Below are positions 35,075 to 45,471 of a stretch of 64,000 nt of DNA, piece after piece. The notes under the pieces were generated by a model. It made no database searches and was not told where the DNA came from. It worked only from the letters and a program-made list of their open reading frames with translations. The DNA lies in assembly GCA_037190225.1 (NCBI GenBank), contig JBBCJL010000001.1, forward strand, positions 317,035 through 381,034, read 5' to 3'. The DNA is from Edaphocola sp. Its GTDB lineage: Bacteria > Bacteroidota > Bacteroidia > Chitinophagales > Chitinophagaceae. Positions within the stretch are counted from its first letter, which is position 1, and every line of letters begins with the position of its first letter. Both the position numbers and the translations under genes were made by a program.

Positions 35075-38000
35075 ATGAAATTAGCAGAAATATCTATTAA
35101 AAGACCCAGTATCATCATTGTATTGTTTATACTGCTGACGCTGGGAGGCATCTTTTCCTATTCCCGGCTGGGATACGAGCTGGTGCCTAAATTCGAGGTG
35201 AACGTGATCTCTATCCAGACCGTATATCCCGGTGCTGCGCCTGCCGAGGTGGAAAATGCGGTGACCAAAAAGATTGAGGATGCCATCGCTTCCCTGGAAA
35301 ATGTCAAGAAGATCGAGTCAAAGTCCTTTGAAAGCGTATCCATCGTGATGATCACGCTTAATAACAGCGCGGACGTCAACTTTCTGCTTACTGATGCGCA
35401 GCGTAAGATCAATGCGGTGGTAAATGATCTCCCTGAGGATGCCAAAGCGCCGTCCATCAACAAATTCTCCCTGGATGATGTGCCTATCATCAACCTGTCC
35501 GCCACTTCCAGCCTCTCCGAAAAAGAGTTGTATGATCTGCTGGAACAGAAGATACAGCCGGTATTTTCAAGGATAGACGGTGTGGCCAAGGTGGATATGA
35601 TAGGAGGCGAGGAGCGCGAGATACAGGTCAGCGTGAACCCGGAGAAGCTCAAAGGCTACGGGCTGACCGTCAGCCAGGTACAGCAGGTGATAGCGGCTTC
35701 CAATATGGACTTTCCTACCGGTAGCGTAAAGACCAGGGATAACCAGACCACGGTCCGCCTGTCCGGTAAGCTGGCAGACCTGGACGAAATGCGCAACCTG
35801 CCGGTGACGACACCTGCCGGCGTGATGATAAGGTTGGGCGATGTAGCGGATGTGCAGGACGGGGTGAAGGACGCGGAAAAGATATCGCGGATCAACCGGA
35901 AGAATACGGTATTGCTCCAGGTGTTCAAGCAGTCGGATGCCAACGCGGTGGCGGTATCTGAAAAAGTGAAAAAAGCGATCGCTACGGTGGAGGAGGACTT
36001 CAGCGCTGCCGGTGTGCAGATCGTAGTAGGGAGCGACAGCTCCGAATATACCCTGAAAGCGGCCAATAATGTGATGTTCGACCTGGTATTGGCGATCGTG
36101 CTGGTAGGCTTTATTATGCTCTTTTTCCTGCACAGCGTCAGGAATGCGGCTATTACGATGGTGGCCATTCCCTTGTCGCTGATAGCTACCTTTATCGGGC
36201 TGTATATAATGGGATATACGCTCAACCTGCTGTCCCTGCTGGGGCTTTCGCTGGTAGTGGGTATCCTGGTGGATGACGCCATCGTGGTCATTGAGAATAT
36301 CCACCGGCATATGGAGATGGGTAAGAATAAGGTCAGGGCGGCTTATGACGGCGCCTCGGAGATCGGCTTTACAGTCACTGCCATTACGCTCGTGATCGTC
36401 GTGGTATTCCTGCCCATAGCGCTGTCCTCCGGCCTGGTGTCCGACATCCTGCGCCAGTTCTGCGTAACGGTAATGATCGCTACCTTATTGTCCCTGCTGG
36501 TGTCCTTTACGATCGTGCCCTGGCTGTATTCCAGGTTCGGCAAACTGGAGCATATCCGCAGTACCTCGTTCTTCGGTAAGCTGCTGAACGGGTTTGAGCG
36601 CGGCCTGCAGCGACTGACGGACGGTATAGGCGGACTGCTGAAATGGGCGCTGAAGAGCAGGAAGAATAAGCTGGCCACGCTTGCGGTGACCGTGGTGCTT
36701 TTTATAGCTTCGCTGATGCTGGTGGGCAAAGGCTACGTGGGAACGGATTTCTTCCCCGGCAATGATAAGGGGGAGTTCTATCTCCAGGTAGAGATGAATA
36801 AGGATGCTTCTTTGGAACAGACCAATTTCATGACGCAGCGGGCGGAACAATATCTGGAACAGAAGCCGGAAATAGAAAGGATGATCACCACGGTGGGGCA
36901 GGCCTCAGACGGTATGATGTCCACCAACGGCACCAAGTACAAATCAGAGATACACCTCTTTGTCAGTAAGGAGCACCGGAAAAAGGAAGCTACCAAGGTA
37001 TATGCTGCCCGGCTGAGAAGGGAAATGGAAGGTGTGCTGGTGGGTGCCAAGGTCAAAACCGTAAATATGGGTATGATGGGCGCCGAGAATGCGCCGTTGA
37101 AGTTGACGGTGATCGCTGCCACACAGGAAGATGCCATGGCATTTGCCGCTGAGGCTGCCGGGCAGCTGAAAAAGGTGGCGGGCGCTACCGGTATAAAGCT
37201 CACCTCGGAAGACGGTAATCCCGAGATCAGGGTGAAGGTGGACAGGGACAAGATGAGCAGCCTTGGATTGAATGTGGCAGGAGTAGGTATGGTGATGCAG
37301 ACCGCTTTTTCCGGGAATACCGATGCGAAATTTTCCGCCGGGGATAAGGAATATGATATCAATATCCGTTATGATGAAGCCGGCAGGGCAGATATCAATA
37401 ATGTAAAAGGCCTGGAATTCATGAATTCCAGGGGCGATGCGGTCAAGCTGGAGCAGTTTGCAGATGTAAGTTTCGGGTCGGGTCCGACCCTGCTGGAACG
37501 TACGGATAAGTCCCCGTCGGTATCGGTGGAGGCCCAGGTAGTAGGTCGGCCGCTGGGATCTGTGGCCCAGGAATGGGAAACGCAGTTCTCTAAGCTGGAA
37601 AGAAAGCCGGGACTGTCCTATAAATGGGGCGGCAATATGGAAAACCAGGAAGAGGGCTTCGGGTCGCTGGGGATTGCGCTGGTCGCTTCCATACTGCTGG
37701 TGTACCTGGTGATGGTTGCACTGTATGATAACTTTGTGACACCGTTCGTGGTGCTGTTCTCTATCCCGCTTTCCTTTATCGGCGCCTTGCTGTTCCTGGC
37801 ACTGTTCAACCAGACGCTGAATATATTCACTATCCTGGGTATTATCATGCTGATAGGGCTGGTAGCTAAGAATGCCATTATGCTGGTGGACTTTGCCAAT
37901 CACAGGAAAGCGGAGGGCTATTCCACCTATGATGCGCTGATCGCCGCCAACCATGCCCGTTTCCGTCCTATCCTGATGACCACCATCGCTATGGTGATCG

Positions 38001-38251
38001 GTATGGTGCCTATCGCTATGGCCCAGGGAGACGGTGCGGATATGAACAGGGGCCTGGCCATCGTGATCATCGGAGGGCTGTTGTCATCGCTGTTCCTGAC
38101 GCTCATTATCGTACCCGTGGTCTATGCCATTTTTGACAGCCTGACAGGGCGGTCCCGGAAAGGCAGGAAAAAAACGGATTACGCGAAAATGCTGCAGGTG
38201 CCTGCGGAAAAAGAAGCGGAACCGGTAGCGGAGCTGGAAGAGGCCTATTAA
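35075..38251 (+). CDS. Efflux RND permease (AcrB/HAE1-like)
   Basis: The 1058-aa protein has 12 TM helices and two large periplasmic loops. It starts with the typical MKLAEISIKRPSIIIVLFILL... and contains the conserved VGILVDDAIVVIENI segment. Confidence 0.9.
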   Translation: MKLAEISIKRPSIIIVLFILLTLGGIFSYSRLGYELVPKFEVNVISIQTVYPGAAPAEVENAVTKKIEDAIASLENVKKIESKSFESVSIVMITLNNSADVNFLLTDAQRKINAVVNDLPEDAKAPSINKFSLDDVPIINLSATSSLSEKELYDLLEQKIQPVFSRIDGVAKVDMIGGEEREIQVSVNPEKLKGYGLTVSQVQQVIAASNMDFPTGSVKTRDNQTTVRLSGKLADLDEMRNLPVTTPAGVMIRLGDVADVQDGVKDAEKISRINRKNTVLLQVFKQSDANAVAVSEKVKKAIATVEEDFSAAGVQIVVGSDSSEYTLKAANNVMFDLVLAIVLVGFIMLFFLHSVRNAAITMVAIPLSLIATFIGLYIMGYTLNLLSLLGLSLVVGILVDDAIVVIENIHRHMEMGKNKVRAAYDGASEIGFTVTAITLVIVVVFLPIALSSGLVSDILRQFCVTVMIATLLSLLVSFTIVPWLYSRFGKLEHIRSTSFFGKLLNGFERGLQRLTDGIGGLLKWALKSRKNKLATLAVTVVLFIASLMLVGKGYVGTDFFPGNDKGEFYLQVEMNKDASLEQTNFMTQRAEQYLEQKPEIERMITTVGQASDGMMSTNGTKYKSEIHLFVSKEHRKKEATKVYAARLRREMEGVLVGAKVKTVNMGMMGAENAPLKLTVIAATQEDAMAFAAEAAGQLKKVAGATGIKLTSEDGNPEIRVKVDRDKMSSLGLNVAGVGMVMQTAFSGNTDAKFSAGDKEYDINIRYDEAGRADINNVKGLEFMNSRGDAVKLEQFADVSFGSGPTLLERTDKSPSVSVEAQVVGRPLGSVAQEWETQFSKLERKPGLSYKWGGNMENQEEGFGSLGIALVASILLVYLVMVALYDNFVTPFVVLFSIPLSFIGALLFLALFNQTLNIFTILGIIMLIGLVAKNAIMLVDFANHRKAEGYSTYDALIAANHARFRPILMTTIAMVIGMVPIAMAQGDGADMNRGLAIVIIGGLLSSLFLTLIIVPVVYAIFDSLTGRSRKGRKKTDYAKMLQVPAEKEAEPVAELEEAY

Positions 38252-38349
38252 ACTAACCTCCCGGAATAAAGCTGTACGATTACAGGCGGCTTTATTACGG
38301 GAGGAATAACCCGGAAATATTGCTATTTTTAACCCCGGCGATCCATCCG

Positions 38350-38377
38350 GTCATTACGGCCGCGGCCGCCGTCATTA
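38350..38377 (+). promoter_or_regulatory. Direct repeat GTCATTA x2 with 21-bp periodicity upstream of the LytS/LytTR operon (candidate LytTR site)
   Basis: GTCATTA lies at 38350-38356 and again at 38371-38377. A GC-rich spacer, cggccgcggccgcc, separates the two copies. The repeats sit 11-38 nt upstream of the ATG at 38388. Confidence 0.3.
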
Positions 38378-38387
38378 AAAATATACT

Positions 38388-39449
38388 ATGAGCTTAAGGA
38401 ACATGCAACCTAAAATATCTTTGCGGATACTCATCAGGGAGAGCGGGAAACTCTTTTTATGCTTCCTGTTCGGTACCCTGATGATCACATCCCTGCAGGA
38501 CTTCAATCCCCGCAACCTCCTATATAAATTTATCACCTTAAGCACGCTTTTCTTATTCATCTTTGGTATCAACACCTTTTTCCTTTACTATTTTGACCAG
38601 AAAAGGCGGCACAGCTCCGAAAGGATCTGGAAGAAGACCTTTGTATGGGGCTATACCTGCAGCCTGGTATTTTTCTTTCTGCATCATGTAGCCATAGAGC
38701 AGCTGGAAAAAAGCGGGATGTTCGTTTACCGGAATCCCAATGATGACCTGGAGGGATGGAAGCTGACCGTATTTATCTTATATGCCAACCTGGTGGTCTA
38801 TTCCTTTATTTTCCTGATACAGAACTTTGTATTGCACCAGTATGAAAAAAGCCGGATCCAGCTGGAATTGCTGCAGCTGAGGGCTTCCAATACGGAAACG
38901 GTCAACCAGTTGCTGCAGCAGCAGGTACAGCCGCATTTTCTCTTCAATGCCTTAAATATCCTGAAATCCCTTATCAGGAAAGAGCCTAAAAGCGCGGAAG
39001 CCTATTTACTGCGCCTGTCCGATTTTTTAAGGGTATCCATTTCCAAGAATACAACCGGTATGGCAACGATCCGGGAGGAGCTGAAAGTATGCGGAGATTA
39101 CATGGAAATGCAGAGGATAAGGTTCGGGGACGCGTTGCAGTATAAAGTGGCAATAGAGCCGTCTGACCCGGTAATGGATGAAAAGCTGCCGTTCTTCTCC
39201 CTGCAGCCCCTGCTGGAAAACGCTATAAAGCATAATGGCATGACCCGGGACAATCCCTTGCTTATCAGGATATCCCGGGAAGGTGATTATATCAGGGTCA
39301 ACAATAACCGGCAGCCCAGGCAGCACGCGGAAGTGTCTACCGGTAACGGGCACGGTATGCTGAAAAAGCGCTATAAGATGCTGATAGGCGAGGAGCCTGT
39401 CATCCGTCAGGAAGACGGCATTTATTCCGTAAGTCTTAAAATCCTTTAA
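38388..39449 (+). CDS. LytS/YehU-type sensor histidine kinase
   Basis: An N-terminal TM region precedes the His_kinase (PF06580-type) H-box QVQPHFLFNALN and the ATPase N-box LQPLLENAIKHN. Confidence 0.8.
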   Translation: MSLRNMQPKISLRILIRESGKLFLCFLFGTLMITSLQDFNPRNLLYKFITLSTLFLFIFGINTFFLYYFDQKRRHSSERIWKKTFVWGYTCSLVFFFLHHVAIEQLEKSGMFVYRNPNDDLEGWKLTVFILYANLVVYSFIFLIQNFVLHQYEKSRIQLELLQLRASNTETVNQLLQQQVQPHFLFNALNILKSLIRKEPKSAEAYLLRLSDFLRVSISKNTTGMATIREELKVCGDYMEMQRIRFGDALQYKVAIEPSDPVMDEKLPFFSLQPLLENAIKHNGMTRDNPLLIRISREGDYIRVNNNRQPRQHAEVSTGNGHGMLKKRYKMLIGEEPVIRQEDGIYSVSLKIL

Positions 39450-40216
39450 TGATGGATATTATAATAATAGAAGATGAGCGCATTACGGCTGAGGACCTGC
39501 AGGATATCATCACCCACCTCTACCCGGAGGCAGTGGTGCGTACCATCCTCAGCTCGGTCAGGGAAGCTGTAGCGTATTTTAGGAATAATCCTATGCCGCA
39601 GCTGATATTCAGCGATATCCAGCTGGGTGACGGGTTGAGCTTTGAAATTTTCGAGGAGGTATATATACCGGTGCCTATTATTTTCTGTACCGCGTACGAC
39701 GCCTATGCCCTGAACGCCTTTAAGACCAACGGCATCCATTATATTCTCAAGCCTTTTGATGAAACCCTGATCAGGGAAGCCGTGGAAAAGTTCCAAAAGC
39801 TGAGATCCTCTTTCAGTGTGGATAAAGATGCCCTTACCCGGCTGCTGTCCACGCTCAGGCAGCCGGCACCGGAACCCCAGGGTTCCCTGCTGGTGCACCA
39901 GGCCGATAAGATCATTCCTGTTAAAATAAAGGATATAGCGCTTTTTTATATTAAGAATGATGTGTGCCATCTCTTTACGTTCGATCACAAGACCTTCTAT
40001 ATCAATAAATCGCTGGATGAGGTGCAGCAGCTCTGCGGGCCGGACTTCTACAGGGCCAACAGGCAGTATATAGTGAACCGGAATGCGGTAAAGGAGATCA
40101 GCCAGACCCTGGCACGTAAAGTGATGGTCGGGCTGAATGTCAGTTTTCCCGAAAGCATCCTGGTCAGCAAGGAGAAAATGACGGACTTTTATGAATGGCT
40201 GAAGAACGTATCCTGA
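39449..40216 (+). CDS. LytTR-family response regulator
   Basis: A receiver domain (IIIIEDE..., phospho-acceptor region LIFSDIQLGDG) is followed by a C-terminal LytTR DNA-binding domain. The start overlaps the kinase stop (TAATG). Confidence 0.85.
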   Translation: MMDIIIIEDERITAEDLQDIITHLYPEAVVRTILSSVREAVAYFRNNPMPQLIFSDIQLGDGLSFEIFEEVYIPVPIIFCTAYDAYALNAFKTNGIHYILKPFDETLIREAVEKFQKLRSSFSVDKDALTRLLSTLRQPAPEPQGSLLVHQADKIIPVKIKDIALFYIKNDVCHLFTFDHKTFYINKSLDEVQQLCGPDFYRANRQYIVNRNAVKEISQTLARKVMVGLNVSFPESILVSKEKMTDFYEWLKNVS

Positions 40217-40368
40217 TATGAGGGCCGGGCCCCTGGCACGGCCTTGTTCCCGGCAGATACGGTTAACGTTTTTTTAGAACTTAACGCAATAAAAGTCTTG
40301 GATTTGATTTTATTTTTTTAATTTCGCAACGATTTTTAATTAATTACCTATAAATAAAAGCATCAGTA

Positions 40369-41241
40369 ATGGCAGTTTTAGTCAATAAAGATTCAAAAGT
40401 TATTGTACAAGGTTTTACAGGAACTGAAGGTACATTCCACGCAACACAAATGATCGAATACGGCACAAACGTTGTGGGTGGCGTAACTCCAGGAAAAGGC
40501 GGGTCTGAGCATTTGTCCCGTCCTGTATTTAATACTGTAAAAGAAGCTGTTGACAAAGCCGGCGCTGATACTTCCATTATTTTCGTACCGCCTGCATTCG
40601 CTGCGGATGCCATTATGGAAGCTGCTACTGCAGGTATCAAAGTAATTATCTGTATCACGGAAGGTATCCCGGTTCAGGATATGGTAAAGGCCCGTGAATA
40701 TATCAAAGGATTTGACTGCCGCCTGATCGGGCCTAACTGTCCCGGCGTGATCACTGCCGAGGAAGCGAAAGTAGGCATTATGCCCGGCTTCGTTTTTAAG
40801 AAGGGTAAGATCGGTATCGTATCCAAATCCGGAACTTTAACCTATGAAGCTGCCGACCAGGCAGTAAAGGCCGGTCTGGGTATTTCCACGGCTATCGGTA
40901 TCGGCGGTGACCCGATCATCGGCACTACTACCAGGGAAGCGGTGGAATTGTTAATGAATGATCCTGAAACTGAAGGCATTATCATGATCGGTGAGATCGG
41001 CGGTAATATGGAAGCGGAAGCTGCCCAGTGGATCAGGGACAATGCGACCAAACCTGTAGTAGGGTTCATCGCTGGTCAGACTGCGCCTCCGGGTCGCCGT
41101 ATGGGCCACGCCGGCGCTATTATCGGCGGAGCGGACGATACGGCTGCCGCCAAGATGAAGATCATGGGCGAATGCGGTATCCACGTAGTGGCTTCTCCTG
41201 CCGACATCGGTAAGACAATGGCAGAAGTGCTGAAAAAATAA
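40369..41241 (+). CDS. sucD: Succinate--CoA ligase subunit alpha
   Basis: The sequence is strongly conserved ([29 protein letters not shown]). The phosphohistidine loop is MGHAGAII. Confidence 0.95.
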   Translation: MAVLVNKDSKVIVQGFTGTEGTFHATQMIEYGTNVVGGVTPGKGGSEHLSRPVFNTVKEAVDKAGADTSIIFVPPAFAADAIMEAATAGIKVIICITEGIPVQDMVKAREYIKGFDCRLIGPNCPGVITAEEAKVGIMPGFVFKKGKIGIVSKSGTLTYEAADQAVKAGLGISTAIGIGGDPIIGTTTREAVELLMNDPETEGIIMIGEIGGNMEAEAAQWIRDNATKPVVGFIAGQTAPPGRRMGHAGAIIGGADDTAAAKMKIMGECGIHVVASPADIGKTMAEVLKK

Positions 41242-41276
41242 ACAGGACTGCTGACGATATATGCTATTTTTCAGAT

Positions 41277-41311
41277 GAGCCTTCCGGAGTATTCGGAAGG
41301 CTCGGTTTTTT
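41277..41311 (+). terminator. Terminator of sucD
   Basis: The stem gagccttccg / cggaaggctc is followed by ggtttttt. Confidence 0.75.
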
Positions 41312-41380
41312 CCCCCATAAGGGGTGTGGGTTTATATTATTTTCTATTGTATTTTTACAACAATTAAAAAAAACATTAAG

Positions 41381-43195
41381 ATGAAACAATTCCTGAAGTA
41401 TTTTCTTGCCGCATTGCTGGCGCTGTTTGTGGGCGGAGCAGTATTGATGATTGTATTTTTCAGCATCCTGGGCGCTTTTACCAAGACCTTCACGCAGGGA
41501 CTTTCTGCCGGAGACAAGCCCGCGGTGACAGTTACGGCCGGAGCCAGGGAGATATTATTCCTGGACCTGACCAAATCCTACAACGAGTTGGCTAATGTGG
41601 ACTATCTTGGTCTGCTCCTCAATAAAGGCTCGATGAACAGTGTAGGGCTGGTAGATGTGCTTCATGCTATTTCCGAGGCCAAAACGGACGATAAGATCAA
41701 AGGGCTTTATATCAAGTCCGGGTCCGGCGCTAACGGCCTCGCTTCGCTGGAGCAGATCAGGGATGCTATCAAAGACTTTAAAACGTCCGGTAAATTTGTG
41801 GTGACCTATGCGGAAAGCTACAGCCAGACCGATTATTATACCGCATCCGTTGCGGATAGCATCTATGTGCATCCGATGGGCGGCGTGGAGATCAAAGGTC
41901 TCGCTTCTACCATTATGTTCTTTAAAGGAGCGCTGGATAAGCTGGAAATCAAGCCCGAGATCTTCTATTGCGGGCAGTTCAAGAGCGCTACCGAGCCCTT
42001 CCGCCTGGACAGGATGAGCGAGCCCAACAGGAAGCAGCTGGCGGCTATGCAGGCCGATGTATGGCAGGAGTTTGTAAAGGCATTCTCCGAGAAAACAGGT
42101 AAGACAGAGCAAGAGATCAACCAGATCGCCAGGACCTATGCCTTACGTACCCCGGAAGATGCCGTGAACTACAGGTTTGTGAATGGTATCAAGTATAAGG
42201 ATGAAGTGGAGGCTGTCCTGAAGCAGCTCACAGGAAAGGAGGACAAGGATGAAGTGCCTTTTATCGCTTTGGGTGAGTATGTATCCGGTATCAAGCGTTC
42301 CGTGAATAAGGACGAGATCGCCGTGCTGGTAGCGGAAGGCAATATCATTGACGGTAAAAGCAGCAGCAGCTCTCCTGTAATAGCCTCTGAGGATATCATC
42401 GAGGAGATCAGGAAGATCAGGGACAATGACAATATCAAGGGTGTGGTGATCCGGGTGAACTCCGGCGGCGGCAGCGCCCTGGCATCCGAGAACATCCACA
42501 GGGAATTGCTCTTGTTGAAAGCTAAAAAGCCTTATGTGGTATCCATGGGAGACTATGCCGCGTCCGGTGGCTATTACATTGCGGCGCACGCGGACAGCAT
42601 CTATGCCCTGCCTACTACCATTACGGGCAGCATCGGGGTATTCGGTATGATGTTCAGCACCCGCGACCTGCTGAAGAACAAGCTGGGACTGACCACAGAT
42701 ACGGAGAAGAACGCTCCTTATGCGGACTTCCCGACCCTGGCCAGGGATTTTACGGCCGAAGAGCGTGTGATCATCCAGAGCAGCGTGGATTCCACCTACG
42801 CGAGATTCAAGCAACGTGTGGCTGACGGCCGTAAGATGAGCGTGGCAAGGGTGGACAGCATCGGGCAGGGACGTATCTGGACCGGTACGGAAGCGGTGAG
42901 GAACGGCCTGGTGGACGCGCTGGGAGGCCTTGACAGGGCTGTCAGCGGGGTGGCCGGTATTGCCAATGTAAATAATTATAAGATAGTGACGTACCCTAAA
43001 GCGGATAATAACCTGTCTTCCCTGCTCAGGATCATGAATGCCACCAGCATCAGCGAAGCGGTGTTGAAAGACCTGAATATACAGAAAGAGTGGGGTAATG
43101 CTTATCAGTTCTATTCTATGCTGCTGCAATCCCATACGCAGCAGAATGGCCTGCAGCAGTATATGTACCTGCCGTTCCAGGTGAACTTTCGTTAA
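41381..43195 (+). CDS. sppA: Signal peptide peptidase SppA, 67K type
   Basis: An N-terminal TM helix precedes two tandem S49 peptidase domains (SGGGSALASE, GDYAASGGYYIA). The start is set at the ATG at 41381 (MKQFLKYFLAALL). Confidence 0.85.
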   Translation: MKQFLKYFLAALLALFVGGAVLMIVFFSILGAFTKTFTQGLSAGDKPAVTVTAGAREILFLDLTKSYNELANVDYLGLLLNKGSMNSVGLVDVLHAISEAKTDDKIKGLYIKSGSGANGLASLEQIRDAIKDFKTSGKFVVTYAESYSQTDYYTASVADSIYVHPMGGVEIKGLASTIMFFKGALDKLEIKPEIFYCGQFKSATEPFRLDRMSEPNRKQLAAMQADVWQEFVKAFSEKTGKTEQEINQIARTYALRTPEDAVNYRFVNGIKYKDEVEAVLKQLTGKEDKDEVPFIALGEYVSGIKRSVNKDEIAVLVAEGNIIDGKSSSSSPVIASEDIIEEIRKIRDNDNIKGVVIRVNSGGGSALASENIHRELLLLKAKKPYVVSMGDYAASGGYYIAAHADSIYALPTTITGSIGVFGMMFSTRDLLKNKLGLTTDTEKNAPYADFPTLARDFTAEERVIIQSSVDSTYARFKQRVADGRKMSVARVDSIGQGRIWTGTEAVRNGLVDALGGLDRAVSGVAGIANVNNYKIVTYPKADNNLSSLLRIMNATSISEAVLKDLNIQKEWGNAYQFYSMLLQSHTQQNGLQQYMYLPFQVNFR

Positions 43196-43214
43196 GCAGG
43201 GAATGCGATCCCGG

Positions 43215-43252
43215 GAAAGAGTAGCTGATTTTTTTTCAGCTACTCTTTTTTC
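43215..43252 (+). terminator. Terminator of sppA
   Basis: The stem gaaagagtagctga / tcagctactctttt is followed by a T run. Confidence 0.7.
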
Positions 43253-43314
43253 TACCGTACTTTTTTGCTATTTTGTTTCAGAAATCAATAAGCCAAATAT
43301 ATACACTAAGAAAA

Positions 43315-44169
43315 ATGTCTCCGCAACCAGTTGATATAAAGAGTCTTGTGAGTTTGTTAGATGATCCGGATGGTGATGTGTACAATTCGGTTGTCAGCGC
43401 TATTATGGAGCTGGGTGAGGACGCTGTTCCCTACCTGGAAGGCCTGATGGAGGAAACCATAGATGAGCTGACCGTATCCAGGGCTACTGCCGTGCTGTCG
43501 AAATTGTATTTCAACCGTGTGCTGACAGCATTCAGGGGCTGGGTCGCCGCAGGGGCATCAGACCTCAGCGCCGGGCTGCTCCTGCTGGCCAGGCTGCATA
43601 ATAAAGACTGTGATACTGAAATGCTGTCCCGTGACATGCTCCGGATAAGAAGGCAGATATGGCTGGAATGCAACCAGTTCCTCACGCCCCTGGAACAGGT
43701 CAATGTATTCCTGAATATTCTCTTTAAGCAGCGTAATATCAAGGACTTCCGCCTGCTGTTCAAGCCGGAGGCCTCCAAGTATTTTTCCCTGGAAACGGTA
43801 TTGCTGCGTAATGTGGGAAGCGAGCTGCTGATAGGCGCGCTGTATCAGGTTTACTTTGACGTTTTCGAGATCCCTGTCCGGCTTTTCGAGGTATTCCCCA
43901 ATAAATTCTATGCGGCCTATCTGTCCGATCTTGCCGAGAATAAGGACAGGATACTCTGCTTTATCCACCCGAGCTACGGTGAGGTCTTCAGCTATGAAGA
44001 TATGCGTGAAAGCCTCAGGGTGCTGAAATCGGACCTGGGCAATATCAGGAAGCTCAGCAGCCTGGACATTATGAAAAGCCTGCTGGAGAATATCGCGCTT
44101 CAGTACGCGCGTGAGCATAATGTGGTGCAGGCGCACCAGGTCAATGAATTGCTGAAACTGCTGCCATAA
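43315..44169 (+). CDS. Hypothetical cytoplasmic protein (helical-repeat N-terminus)
   Basis: This is a long ORF with coding-like composition. I recognised no motif with confidence. The start is set at the ATG at 43315. Confidence 0.5.
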   Translation: MSPQPVDIKSLVSLLDDPDGDVYNSVVSAIMELGEDAVPYLEGLMEETIDELTVSRATAVLSKLYFNRVLTAFRGWVAAGASDLSAGLLLLARLHNKDCDTEMLSRDMLRIRRQIWLECNQFLTPLEQVNVFLNILFKQRNIKDFRLLFKPEASKYFSLETVLLRNVGSELLIGALYQVYFDVFEIPVRLFEVFPNKFYAAYLSDLAENKDRILCFIHPSYGEVFSYEDMRESLRVLKSDLGNIRKLSSLDIMKSLLENIALQYAREHNVVQAHQVNELLKLLP

Positions 44170-44213
44170 GCAGGAGATTCTGCAATTCAGGATCAAATTC
44201 TCCTCTTTTTCCT

Positions 44214-44221
44214 TACCTTTG
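44214..44221 (+). promoter_or_regulatory. Candidate -7 box (TAccTTTG) for ppa
   Basis: TACCTTTG lies 38 nt upstream of the ATG at 44260. Confidence 0.35.
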
Positions 44222-44259
44222 CCTTCCAAAAAACAAATCAATTATAAAAATATTTGAAT

Positions 44260-44808
44260 ATGCAATTTAACCCCTGGCATTCTGTTGAATGCGGAGACAA
44301 TGCTCCTGATGTTGTAAACGGTATTATAGAAATATCAAAAGGTTCGAGAGCCAAGTATGAGCTGGATAAAGAGACCGGCCTCCTGAAGCTGGACCGCGTA
44401 TTGCGTTCTGCCGTATTCTATCCCGCCAACTACGGATTCATTCCCAAAACCTATTGTGATGACGGTGATCCGTTGGATATCCTGGTATTGTGCTCTGAGA
44501 ATATACTGCCCATGACACTGGTAGAGGCCAAAGTGATCGGCGCTATGAAGATGATTGATGGCGGCGAAGGGGATGATAAGCTGATCGCTGTATTGAAAGA
44601 TGATGTGAGCGTATCGCATTATAATGATATTTCCGAATTGCCGCCTTTTACCATTAAGGAGATCCAGCAGTTCTTTTCAGAATATAAAGCATTGGAAAAT
44701 AAGAAAGTAGAGATCACCGGCTTTGTCGGGGCACAGGAAGCGAAAGCTATCATGAACCAGGCTATGGTGGATTACCAGGAAAAGATCGCTCCTACAGTGG
44801 TGATGTGA
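44260..44808 (+). CDS. ppa: Inorganic pyrophosphatase (family I)
   Basis: Family I PPase motifs are present: [24 protein letters not shown] and [10 protein letters not shown]. Confidence 0.9.
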   Translation: MQFNPWHSVECGDNAPDVVNGIIEISKGSRAKYELDKETGLLKLDRVLRSAVFYPANYGFIPKTYCDDGDPLDILVLCSENILPMTLVEAKVIGAMKMIDGGEGDDKLIAVLKDDVSVSHYNDISELPPFTIKEIQQFFSEYKALENKKVEITGFVGAQEAKAIMNQAMVDYQEKIAPTVVM

Positions 44809-44835
44809 TTGCCGACATAATTTTTTGAAAGCAGC

Positions 44836-44868
44836 GCCGTAAAGTTTTTTACTTTACGGCTTTTTTTT
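44836..44868 (+). terminator. Terminator of ppa
   Basis: The stem gccgtaaagt / actttacggc is followed by tttttttt. Confidence 0.75.
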
Positions 44869-44930
44869 ATGAAAATTTTAGCATATTTTGTTCTCTGAAT
44901 CTAATTTTTTAATGTCCTGAACGATTCCAT

Positions 44931-45395
44931 ATGAAACGTTTTATACTATCAGTCCTGGCTGGTGCCGCCGTTTTTGCCGTAGTTTCCTGCGAAAAGGATT
45001 TTGGCAGGGGGCTTTATTTTAAGTCCATATACCAGGATTATTTTTACGGCAATGGCAGGGAGCATCTTGAGTATCCCGGCCGTTTGATCAATAGCCAGGC
45101 TGAGCTGGACAAGGTCAGCAGGGATATAGATGCCATTAACAGCATTTCGGATAGGTTGCGCTCGGAGCCGCTTGATTTTGAACACTATACCTATGTGCTG
45201 CTGGTGGATAGCATCAGGCGGATCCCGATGGCTATCAATATGGTGTATGCCGATGTGGTAGACCGCAACCTGAAGATCTACTATCGTACCGTAGCGAAGC
45301 CGGATACACCCCAGGTCGCTGTCACGCAGGCTTTCCAGTTCATTAAGCTGGACAGGGGAGCCTTCGATGAGGTGAACTTTATACGGACGAAGTAA
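44931..45395 (+). CDS. Lipoprotein, unknown function
   Basis: A lipoprotein signal with a lipobox Cys is present (MKRFILSVLAGAAVFAVVSC). Confidence 0.55.
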   Translation: MKRFILSVLAGAAVFAVVSCEKDFGRGLYFKSIYQDYFYGNGREHLEYPGRLINSQAELDKVSRDIDAINSISDRLRSEPLDFEHYTYVLLVDSIRRIPMAINMVYADVVDRNLKIYYRTVAKPDTPQVAVTQAFQFIKLDRGAFDEVNFIRTK

Positions 45396-45416
45396 GCAGC
45401 GTATAACAATAGCCTG

Positions 45417-45460
45417 TCAGGTGTAACCTGTAGAGTGACCGTTCTACAGGTTACACCTGA
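45417..45460. terminator. 18-bp perfect hairpin between convergent genes
   Basis: The arms are tcaggtgtaacctgtaga (45417-45434) and tctacaggttacacctga (45443-45460). Confidence 0.6.
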
Positions 45461-45471
45461 TGTTGTTTTGC

